A DNA stretch of 47,721 nt, from the NCBI GenBank assembly GCA_002688135.1, contig NZCD01000022.1:1-47721 (forward strand), given 5' to 3'. Of the stretch, positions 1 through 7,513 are shown piece after piece (position 1 is the stretch's first letter; each line of letters starts with the position of its first letter). The stretch is from Parcubacteria group bacterium. Its GTDB lineage: Bacteria > Patescibacteriota > Patescibacteriia > Magasanikbacterales > GCA-002688135. Under the pieces are notes generated by a model. That model was not told where the DNA came from. It was given only the letters and a program-made list of their open reading frames with translations, and did not search any database. Made by a program: the position numbers and the translations under genes.

Positions 1-1
1 A

Positions 2-1498
2 GAAAAAAATATCCGGGGTATCATCGTGACTCACGGTCACATGGATCACATTGGAGCATTCCCACACGTATTAGGACCCTTGGGAAATCCTATCATCTAC
101 ACGGCTCCGCTTACAGCCGGGATGATTAAAAAGCGAATGGAAGAACATCGACAAGCTCCAAAACCAAATATCGTAATTGTGAAACGCGATACAGAAAAAT
201 TCAAACTCGGAAAAAGCTTTGCATTCCAACCATTCCACATCAATCACAACATTTCAGATGCATTTGGCGCAGCAATCGACACTCCATATGGAAAAGTTCT
301 AGTAACCGGAGATTTCAAATTCGATTACTCCCCTGTGAACGAAGAGCCTGCAGATTTGCAGCGCATCGCCATGTTCGGCGCAGAAAAACCATTACTCCTA
401 TGTTCTGACTCAACTGATTCAGAATCTCCTGGATATCAAATCTCGGAAAAGATTGTTGGTGAAGAATTAGATCGCGCAATTGCATCCTCAAAAGATCGTA
501 TTATTGTCGGAACTTTTTCGTCACTTCTTACACGCGTCCAACAATTGTTATGGGCAGCAGAAAAAAACGACAGAAAAGTGATGATTCTCGGACGATCAAT
601 GAAAAATGCAATCGACCTAGCTCACGAATTAGGATACCTCAAATATAAAAAAGGTATTTTTGTAACATCCGATCGAGAATTCAAAACATTACCAGACAAC
701 AAAGTGATGATTATTTGTACGGGCGCGCAAGGTGAAAAAAATGCCGCGCTGATGCGTATCGCCACAGGCGAACACAGACAAGTATCACTCAAGAAAAAAG
801 ATACAATTATTTTCTCATCTTCTGTTATTCCGGGAAACGAACGAACTGTCCAAAGCTTGAAAGATACATTAGTACGAAAAGGCGCACATATCATTCATTA
901 CAAAATGATGGATATTCACGCCGGCGGACACGCGAAGCAAGAAGATTTAAAACTCATGCTTCGCCTCACACAACCTAAATTCTTCATGCCAATCCATGGA
1001 AACAGATACATGCTTCACGCACATACAGATCTCGCAGTTGAAATGAATGTCCCACGAGAAAACACCATGATCGCAGACAACGGACAAATTATTGAATGTG
1101 ATGAAAAAGGATGTCGACTTACAGATCACAAAGTTGAAACAGAATATGTGATGGTTGACGGACTCGGAGTTGGTGATGTTTCAAACGTCATTCTTCGAGA
1201 ACGACAAGCTCTCGCTGATGATGGTATGTTTGTCGTGATCTGTACAGTCCGCAAAAAAACAGGACAACTCGTTGGAAACCCAGATTTAATTTCCCGCGGA
1301 TTCGTCTACATGAAAGAATCAAAAGATCTTATCGAAAAAACGCGAGCAAAAGTAAAAGCTGTTGTGCAAAATTCAGATCCAAAATCCCCTGCCTTCGAAG
1401 ATTACCTCAAACGAAAAATCCGTGACGAAGTCGGACAATTCCTCTACGCAAAAACCCACCGCCGACCGATGGTGCTACCAGTCCTTATAGAAGTATAA
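2..1498 (+). CDS. rnj: Ribonuclease J (metallo-beta-lactamase / beta-CASP), 5' end cut by window edge
   Basis: The frame is open from nt 2. THGHMDHIG is the HxHxDH zinc motif and sits at the very start, so the N-terminus lies upstream of the window. Length and C-terminal domain fit RNase J. Stop TAA at 1496-1498. Confidence 0.85.
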   Translation, partial: EKNIRGIIVTHGHMDHIGAFPHVLGPLGNPIIYTAPLTAGMIKKRMEEHRQAPKPNIVIVKRDTEKFKLGKSFAFQPFHINHNISDAFGAAIDTPYGKVLVTGDFKFDYSPVNEEPADLQRIAMFGAEKPLLLCSDSTDSESPGYQISEKIVGEELDRAIASSKDRIIVGTFSSLLTRVQQLLWAAEKNDRKVMILGRSMKNAIDLAHELGYLKYKKGIFVTSDREFKTLPDNKVMIICTGAQGEKNAALMRIATGEHRQVSLKKKDTIIFSSSVIPGNERTVQSLKDTLVRKGAHIIHYKMMDIHAGGHAKQEDLKLMLRLTQPKFFMPIHGNRYMLHAHTDLAVEMNVPRENTMIADNGQIIECDEKGCRLTDHKVETEYVMVDGLGVGDVSNVILRERQALADDGMFVVICTVRKKTGQLVGNPDLISRGFVYMKESKDLIEKTRAKVKAVVQNSDPKSPAFEDYLKRKIRDEVGQFLYAKTHRRPMVLPVLIEV

Positions 1499-1509
1499 AA
1501 AACAAAAAA

Positions 1510-1532
1510 ACTGAGTTTCAACTCGGTTTTTT
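1510..1532 (+). terminator. Intrinsic terminator after rnj
   Basis: Hairpin ACTGAGT-ttca-ACTCGGT (one G-U pair) followed by a T6 run. Confidence 0.7.
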
Positions 1533-1537
1533 GATAT

Positions 1538-1561
1538 AAAAAAAGTAGGCATATAGCCTAC
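1538..1561 (-). terminator. Intrinsic terminator after the YfiH-like gene
   Basis: On the minus strand, hairpin GTAGGC-tatat-GCCTAC is followed by a T7 run. It lies directly downstream of the stop at 1570. Confidence 0.7.
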
Positions 1562-1569
1562 TGACACAC

Positions 1570-2376
1570 CTATATATTTAACCACGCAAGCGTTGCATTT
1601 CGAGCTAACGCCCCATTTCGCATAAGATTGCTGAAGTGAATTCCATGCTCGGGATCACCACCACTACACGTCGTACAATAGGGATCAATTTCGATAATCG
1701 ACTGATCGACCCCAAGCTCAACGAGTTGACGCGTGGCAATCTCTCGCAACGCAATCGCAGGCTGATCAACACGTGGACCTTTCTCAACCACACCATCGTA
1801 TGATTGCCACTTACGAATGAACCCCCAACGATCATCAAGATCGTGCAAGCCATAACAACACGGACCCGCACCAAATCCCATCCAAAAACATTCAACCTTC
1901 AAATCATGATCGGCCAAAGCCCTCAGAAGAACTGCAATGAGAGATGTGCGCCCCTCTTTGGAAATCATCGTCATCAAACCAAGATGCATAAACACCAAAT
2001 GACGCTTTCCCGTTTCATCAGGTGACGTCAGAATTACACCAGCAGGACAATCACCATTAAACATTCCCATTGGATATACACGACTCACCACCGCATCAGT
2101 TGCAAAGGGCGGACGAAGAAATCCAGGAATTGGATTACCCTGATTATCAGAATTGATTTCAATGCTGCCGATCTTATGCTCATCTCCCCACACATATGCG
2201 TTGGAAAACTTAAGCGTCGGAAACAGCATCTCATCACAACCAACTTCTTGTTTCAACCGCTCCAGCTGATCACGAAAATCATCTCGTTTCGGATGAACAG
2301 AACCAAAACTCTTTTTGGTAATCATCACACTAACACGGTCACCGAACAACTGCTTACGCAGGATATCACCACTCAT
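1570..2376 (-). CDS. YfiH/PgeF-like laccase-domain (DUF152) protein
   Basis: It shows the ordered family pattern: GDCPAG (D-C), FMHLG (H-x-G), GAGPCCYG, and CTTCS...HFSN near the C-terminus. An AGGAGG sits 5 nt upstream of the ATG. Confidence 0.6.
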   Translation of the reverse strand: MSGDILRKQLFGDRVSVMITKKSFGSVHPKRDDFRDQLERLKQEVGCDEMLFPTLKFSNAYVWGDEHKIGSIEINSDNQGNPIPGFLRPPFATDAVVSRVYPMGMFNGDCPAGVILTSPDETGKRHLVFMHLGLMTMISKEGRTSLIAVLLRALADHDLKVECFWMGFGAGPCCYGLHDLDDRWGFIRKWQSYDGVVEKGPRVDQPAIALREIATRQLVELGVDQSIIEIDPYCTTCSGGDPEHGIHFSNLMRNGALARNATLAWLNI

Positions 2377-2448
2377 GAAAACCTCCTGAAAAGAACAGGC
2401 CTAACCTACAATACATATTCAAAATTGTCAAGATAAAATCTTATCCTC

Positions 2449-2477
2449 TTGACGTAATCGACAAATAAATGTATAGT
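2449..2477 (+). promoter_or_regulatory. Sigma70-type promoter of RNase P RNA
   Basis: TTGACG (2449-2454), 17-nt spacer, TATAGT (2472-2477). The predicted start about 7 nt downstream coincides with the 5' end of helix P1 at about 2484. Confidence 0.75.
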
Positions 2478-2483
2478 ATTGCC

Positions 2484-3204
2484 GTCTTTATACATACCAG
2501 ATGGTTGCTATAAACTTCGGTTTATAGAGGAAAGTCCGAACACCCAAAGTTTTGGCAAAACATATCTTTGTTGGTATGTTGTGCCGAAATCGACAATGGT
2601 GCTGGATAACATCCAGGCAATGCACGAATAATTCATAAAGCGTGCTGACGGAAAGTGCCACAGAGACTATACTATCGCATGGCCTTGTCACCCAACAGAA
2701 CTTTTGCCAAAACTTACATATACAGGCTAAATTCTATAAAAATTTTCTTAGCTTAGCGCAGGCTAAACCGCGAAAATTATTTAAAGAATTTATCACCGCA
2801 TCTGAAAGTTTGTGATCAAAAGTCTATTAGGTGACAAGACCCGGCGAGAAACGTGAAAAGTGAGTGAGTGTACTTCGGTGCTATCACTCTCACTCGTGAG
2901 CAATCACGAAGTGTGGCAAACCCCACTTGGTGCAAGATCGAGGTGGTGAGACAATTCCATTACGAGCTGAAATCTAGATATTTTTTTCTCAGAACATTGA
3001 ATAAGTGACGAAGTGATGTGAATACATCATTGAGGAACTTTGAAATGTTATGAGGAAAAAATAGCCGATTTCAGTCCGTGATGGAGTTGTGTTACGACCT
3101 CACAATATCGCATTGAGGCAATAAGTAATTATTGTCCCAGAGAGATGGCCATCGTCCCGATTTTTATCGGGATAACAGAATTCGGCTTATCGGTATGTAA
3201 AGAC
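2484..3204 (+). ncRNA. rnpB: RNase P RNA, bacterial type A core, unusually long (~720 nt)
   Basis: Universal elements are present: GAGGAAAGTCCG (2527-2538, P4 5' strand), GGAAAGTGCCACAGAGA (2650-2666), GGCAAACCCCACTTGGTGCAAG (about 2916-2937) and ACAGAATTCGGCTTA (3175-3189, P4 3' strand). P1 pairs 2484-2498 with 3192-3204. The RNA has its own promoter and terminator. Confidence 0.9.
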
Positions 3205-3206
3205 AC

Positions 3207-3236
3207 AAAAAAATCTGCTTATGCAGATTTTTTTGT
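3207..3236. terminator. Bidirectional intrinsic terminator (rnpB and the convergent WbaP-like gene)
   Basis: Hairpin AAATCTGC-ttat-GCAGATTT is flanked by an A-run upstream and a T-run downstream. Confidence 0.8.
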
Positions 3237-3266
3237 TTCTACTCACTACTCACTACAAACTACTCA

Positions 3267-4691
3267 CTAATAAGCCCCATCTCGTTTTATCACCGCAAAC
3301 GGCGTCTTCATCAATATAAACAAATCCGTCCAAGGCGACCATTGCTCAATATACAACGTATCTAATTGCACTTCTTCTTCAAATGACAAATCAGAACGAC
3401 CAGAAATTTGAGATAATCCGGTAATCCCCGGCTTAATCGCCAACACCTTTTTATGATGCGATTCATACTTCTCAACCTCTCGCGGCTGATGCGGACGCGG
3501 CCCAACCAAACTCATTGATCCAAACAATACATTAAACAACTGTGGCAACTCATCCAAACTCCATCGTCTCAAAAATTTCCCAACTCGCGTCACACGCGGA
3601 TCATCAATCACCTTATACACCGGACCTTGCTTCTTACTTTTCTTTGCAATCAATTCCTTTTCATATTTCAAAGCCGCAGCCGTCCCCTTAAACTGCGAAC
3701 CAATAGAATACTTCTGATGCATCGTACGAAACTTCAATGTGTTAAAAAATGTACCTCGCGCACCAACTCTCTTATTTTTAAATATCAAAGGAAAACCAGT
3801 TTCAAACATCACAAAAACCGCAATCAAAATTAAAATGGGAGATAACAAAATAATAAGCAACAATGAAATAACAACGTCGGACAAACGCTTTAATATCCTC
3901 CCCCATCCAAATAATCTCGTTCTACGAATTTCAATTAGTGGCACACTGGAAACAACATTAATCGCTCGCGCCGGAGCGTAAGTAGCAAATAAATCCGCTG
4001 CATATTTAAATGTAACATGATGCTCTTCACAAAATGCCAAAAGCTTAAGTGTTTCTTTTTCATCATCCGCATTAGTAAACACAATTTCATCAAGGCCATC
4101 CTTTAGCTTCATCTTCAACAAACTATCCGCAACCTTACCATTAAATGATTTAAAAGTTTTCATGACACGACTTCCTAATCGTTTATTCGCCGCAAATACA
4201 TCAGAAAGCAATACAGCTGCTGCATCATCCCCAATAACAACTACACGCAAATTTCCAACTCCAATTGCATGAAGCCATTGCTGGAGTAAACGAACAAACA
4301 ATCGCGCTACAAAAAGATACACAATCGAAATACCCCAAGCAGCCAAAACGATAAATCGAGAATTAAATAATTCACCTCTCAAAAAAATCACAACAGCAAC
4401 CGCAGCAAAACCCGCAGAACACGCAATAAAAATTCGATTCAATTCATTGGAAAATTTCCTATTCGGATCAGTGCTATATAAACCAGCAAATGCAAAAATC
4501 ACCAACCACAAAACCGCGATCACTACCGCGGCTTGCATATATTGCTCAAAATTCAATCCGATATTTACACTTCTCAATTCCTTCACAGGTTCTGACAAAC
4601 GAATTGTATATGCAGTTATCGCAGCCAAAAGTAGCGCGATATAATCGAGCGGTAATCGAATAAAGAGAAAAAATAATTGGAATGCATTCAT
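3267..4691 (-). CDS. Polyprenyl-phosphate sugar-phosphotransferase (WbaP/bacterial sugar transferase family)
   Basis: The C-terminal domain shows PLIFKNKRVG...KFRTM...DPRVTRVGKFLRRWSLDELPQLFNVL.GSMSLVGPRP, and the N-terminus has multiple TM segments. The start is set at the internal ATG (MNAFQLF) because the longer ORF start runs through an intergenic repeat. Confidence 0.85.
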   Translation of the reverse strand: MNAFQLFFLFIRLPLDYIALLLAAITAYTIRLSEPVKELRSVNIGLNFEQYMQAAVVIAVLWLVIFAFAGLYSTDPNRKFSNELNRIFIACSAGFAAVAVVIFLRGELFNSRFIVLAAWGISIVYLFVARLFVRLLQQWLHAIGVGNLRVVVIGDDAAAVLLSDVFAANKRLGSRVMKTFKSFNGKVADSLLKMKLKDGLDEIVFTNADDEKETLKLLAFCEEHHVTFKYAADLFATYAPARAINVVSSVPLIEIRRTRLFGWGRILKRLSDVVISLLLIILLSPILILIAVFVMFETGFPLIFKNKRVGARGTFFNTLKFRTMHQKYSIGSQFKGTAAALKYEKELIAKKSKKQGPVYKVIDDPRVTRVGKFLRRWSLDELPQLFNVLFGSMSLVGPRPHQPREVEKYESHHKKVLAIKPGITGLSQISGRSDLSFEEEVQLDTLYIEQWSPWTDLFILMKTPFAVIKRDGAY

Positions 4692-4696
4692 GTTAT

Positions 4697-4724
4697 TGTC
4701 ATCCCGAACGAAGTCGAGGGATCT
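4697..4724 (+). repeat. REP-like hairpin repeat (TGTCATCC...GGATCT family)
   Basis: TGTCATCCCGAACGAAGTCGAGGGATCT, with outer stem ATCCC/GGGAT. It lies in the 5' UTR of the WbaP-like gene. Confidence 0.8.
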
Positions 4725-4741
4725 ATTCAAAATTCAAAAAC

Positions 4742-4770
4742 ATTATACTCCATACTGACTCGATTGTCAT
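4742..4770 (-). promoter_or_regulatory. Promoter of the WbaP-like gene
   Basis: On the minus strand: ATGACA, 17-nt spacer, TATAAT. Confidence 0.6.
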
Positions 4771-4785
4771 CCAAAAAATTCAAAT

Positions 4786-4808
4786 AGAAAAACCCCACAG
4801 CTGCAGGG
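4786..4808 (-). terminator. Probable terminator after the small basic protein gene
   Basis: On the minus strand, CCCTGC-agct-GTGGGG (6 bp, two G-U pairs) is followed by TTTTTC. Confidence 0.5.
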
Positions 4809-4863
4809 CATCTTTTAGCGTACTCATGGTACGTGCTCCTTTTTTTGTTTCATCTTGAAACAG

Positions 4864-5055
4864 TTAGTTGTGATCATCCTCGCGCTTCAAGCGACGCTTC
4901 GTGGCCGTCCGGTTATACTTAACCTTCTTTCCCTTCACCGCCTTATGCTTGCGACCCGGAGGAATAGGTGCACCACGCACCGATTTCATGACCTCAAGCG
5001 TGCTAGGCATCTTGAGGACATACTTCTTCTTTTGTCTCTTTTTTGAAGAGGACAT
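4864..5055 (-). CDS. Small, very basic hypothetical protein (63 aa, Lys/Arg rich)
   Basis: ATG at 5055 is preceded by AAGGA with a 7-nt spacer. The product is MSSSKKRQKKKYVLKMPSTLEVMKSVRGAPIPPGRKHKAVKGKKVKYNRTATKRRLKRE.., and I recognise no family. The ORF-track start (TTG at 5061) was trimmed. Confidence 0.5.
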   Translation of the reverse strand: MSSSKKRQKKKYVLKMPSTLEVMKSVRGAPIPPGRKHKAVKGKKVKYNRTATKRRLKREDDHN

Positions 5056-5091
5056 AGACAATTCCTTATACAGTTAGAATATCAACAAATT

Positions 5092-5120
5092 ATGTAAAAG
5101 AAAAGGGCCATTTGTGGCCC
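5092..5120 (-). terminator. Intrinsic terminator ending the GC-rich repeat-module transcript
   Basis: On the minus strand, GGGCCA-caaa-TGGCCC is followed by TTTTCTTTT. Confidence 0.8.
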
Positions 5121-6113
5121 CCGGGCGTATTTACCGCCACAATGCTGCTACATCATGTATACAGACGAGGATAATCAATGCCCCCGATTTGTTAAAAAGA
5201 TCGAACCCGTCAAGTGTGACGGTCGGTTGGCTGTGCAAGCCAACCCCTTGAAACTCAGCCTTTTGAGCCGGTCATTCGAACTCCGCGCAGAGCCGAACCC
5301 TGTGAACCCGGTGTTGTCACCGGTCGGTTGCCTGTGCAGGACCAACCCCTTCTAACCCGCCAACGTAGCGGTCATTCGAACTCCAACGAGGAGACGAACC
5401 CTGTGAACCCAGCGCACACTCCGGTCGACTGCCTATTTAGGATCAGCCCCTTCTAACCCGCCACCACGTGACGGTCATTCGAACTCCAACGAGGAGACGG
5501 ACCCTGTGAACCCGGTGCACATCCCCGGTCGACCCTTGTCCCTCTGAACTCGTGCTACTTAACTTTTCACACGAGGCAAAAGTAAATTTTAATTGACTTC
5601 CGCACCCTTACTGAAAAGGCGATATGCGGAAACGTTGAGAAGGCATCATTCCGATCCTTCAACGTTATTTTTTATTCGATGACCATCATAGCCAAAGTCG
5701 CGCCGCACTCCGTCTTCCAAACGAAGTAAATTGCAGCCCGAATGATGAGGGTGAGACAACGGTCTAGGACCATGTACACATACTTTTCCTCGGGTGGCGT
5801 ATGAAATCGCCGGGTGAGGTGATGTGAATGTTGTCTTTTAAGTTTTCCCAGATGTCCTGCGCTAGAGCGATGAAACACGCGTAAACGATATTCCAATTCT
5901 TTAGTTAGACTAAAGTGCTCAATACAGGAGTATTTGAGATGTAATATGCTGACAAGCAGCATAGATGCTCCTCCTCATCATTCGAGCTAGAATCTTACGA
6001 TTCTACTAGTGTAATGAACGGATGCAGAGGCAGGCACATGACCCGCCGCCGCACGCCGATAGTTACAGATCTGTTAAGCTCTAGAACTATCGACAGACCA
6101 TCTCAGATGATCA
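5100..6113 (-). ncRNA. Candidate large structured ncRNA (family unknown)
   Basis: It is bounded by a near-consensus promoter (6120-6148) and a terminator (5092-5120). It is GC-rich relative to its flanks. It contains three tandem 101-nt hairpin modules and a 19-position long-range helix (5986-5968 with 5756-5738). The non-Watson-Crick positions become G-U only on the minus strand. Confidence 0.5.
5201..5545 (-). repeat. Tandem array of three ~101-nt modules plus partial flanking copies
   Basis: Module starts (GGTCGGTTG / GGTCGACTG, plus-strand coordinates) are at 5221, 5322 and 5423, with a partial copy at 5527. The periods are 101, 101 and 104 nt, none a multiple of 3. The linkers GGTCATTCGAACTCC and CGAACCCTGTGAACCC are conserved. 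Confidence 0.9.
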
Positions 6114-6119
6114 CGATGC

Positions 6120-6148
6120 ATAATATCACATATTAGCAATCTTGTCAA
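6120..6148 (-). promoter_or_regulatory. Near-consensus sigma70 promoter driving the 6113-5100 unit
   Basis: On the minus strand: TTGACA (6148-6143), 17-nt spacer, TATTAT (6125-6120). Confidence 0.7.
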
Positions 6149-6325
6149 CCCCCACATTACTATATTTTAATAAAATCATCATATTTCACTAAATTTAGTA
6201 TAATAGAATTGTAAATAAATAGTTAACATAATGACCTATTTACCGTACAGAGGATAACTTGTATTTCCTCAAAACACATACTTTGTTAACCTAAACGCTA
6301 AGCGCTAAAAGCTAAACGCTATCTC

Positions 6326-7510
6326 ATGAAAGTAGCCCTGATACACGACTACCTCGCACAAGACGGAGGCGCAGAACGCGTCCTCTATGCACTCCAGGAC
6401 ATGTGGCCAAATGCCCCTCTTTTTACATTATTTCATGATAAAGAAACCGCCCATCCGAGATTCAAAGACAAACTAATTCACACCAGCTTTCTAAACAATT
6501 CAAACTTCACAAAAAAACACTACCAATGGTTTTTACCACTCATGCCGCTTGCAACAGAATCATACGATCTGTCTGATTACGACGTTGTCATTTCATCTAC
6601 CTCTGCATTTGCAAAAGGTGTTATCACATCCCCCACCACACTACACATATGCTATTGCCACACACCAACTAGATATCTCTGGAGTGATACACAAAACTAT
6701 GTTGAAGAACTTCGCTACCCATGGTTTGTGAAAAAAATATTACCCTGGTATCTCTCACGATTACGCACATGGGACAAACTCGCTTCAGAACGAGTAGATA
6801 TTTTCGTCGCAAATTCTGACACAGTAAAACAAAGAATCGAAACATACTACAACCGCGATTCACATATTGTATTCCCTCCCGCAGATACACATAAATACAA
6901 ATCAAATAAAGAAACAGGAGAGTACTTTATTATTGGTGGACGCGTAGTACCATACAAACGATTCGATATAGCAGTTCGAGCATGCTCAAGACTAGGCTTG
7001 CCACTTGTTGTATTTGGAGATGGACCAGCGAAAGCCGAGTTAGAAAAAATAGCAGGACCAACAATTAAATTTGTTGGACGAGTTTCAGAATCAACAAAAA
7101 TAAATTTACTTAAACACGCAAAAGCATTCATTCATCCACAAAACGAAGATTTTGGAATTACACCTATCGAAGCAATGGCAGCCGGAGTGCCAATTATTGC
7201 ATACAAAAAAGGCGGCGCGACTGAAACAGTTGTAGATGGTGTCACAGGATTATTCTTCAAAGATCAATCCTGGGAAGCTCTAGCACACATTTTACTCAAT
7301 TTTGACGAGACAGTTTTTGATAGCAGCAAAATCAAACAACACGCTCAAACATTCTCACAATACGAATTCAAAAAGAACATGCGAGAACTAGTTGAGCGCG
7401 AATGGAATAATTTCAAAAACAATGCAGATTTACCAAAAGAAATACAAAAAGAAATACATAACATAATAATACCTCATCCAAAATCTTCAATTCTCACTCC
7501 TCACTCTTAA
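6326..7510 (+). CDS. Glycosyltransferase, family 4 (GT-B, group 1)
   Basis: N-terminus MKVALIHDYL.QDGGAERV, and a C-terminal EDFGITPIEAMAAGVPIIA E-x7-E region. Confidence 0.85.
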   Translation: MKVALIHDYLAQDGGAERVLYALQDMWPNAPLFTLFHDKETAHPRFKDKLIHTSFLNNSNFTKKHYQWFLPLMPLATESYDLSDYDVVISSTSAFAKGVITSPTTLHICYCHTPTRYLWSDTQNYVEELRYPWFVKKILPWYLSRLRTWDKLASERVDIFVANSDTVKQRIETYYNRDSHIVFPPADTHKYKSNKETGEYFIIGGRVVPYKRFDIAVRACSRLGLPLVVFGDGPAKAELEKIAGPTIKFVGRVSESTKINLLKHAKAFIHPQNEDFGITPIEAMAAGVPIIAYKKGGATETVVDGVTGLFFKDQSWEALAHILLNFDETVFDSSKIKQHAQTFSQYEFKKNMRELVEREWNNFKNNADLPKEIQKEIHNIIIPHPKSSILTPHS

Positions 7511-7513
7511 CAT

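Noticed and set aside
2488-2691. 67-aa minus-strand ORF
   Set aside because: It lies entirely inside the RNase P RNA gene, on the opposite strand.
4692-4730. Extended starts of the WbaP-like ORF (also pepA 18605-18655 and ileS 23698-23718)
   Set aside because: The extra codons are translations of REP-like or palindromic intergenic repeats (for example SLDFVRDD and SFDFAQDD). Internal ATGs fit family N-termini.
5155-5355. 66-aa plus-strand ORF across the tandem modules
   Set aside because: It lies within 101-nt-period repeats, which are not a multiple of 3. It has no SD and is on the strand opposite to the one favoured by the G-U evidence.
5201-5545. Possible CRISPR array
   Set aside because: The units are about 101 nt and directly abutting, with no unique spacers. 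They are internally structured and diverged. No cas genes lie nearby.
5672-5962. 96-aa minus-strand ORF with an apparently strong SD (GAGGAGGAG, 5-nt spacer)
   Set aside because: The SD-like run is one strand of a 19-position helix with 5756-5738. The product is H/R-rich and unlike the K/I/N-rich proteins of this genome. The region is part of the GC-rich structured unit. It is kept only as an alternative hypothesis under the ncRNA finding.
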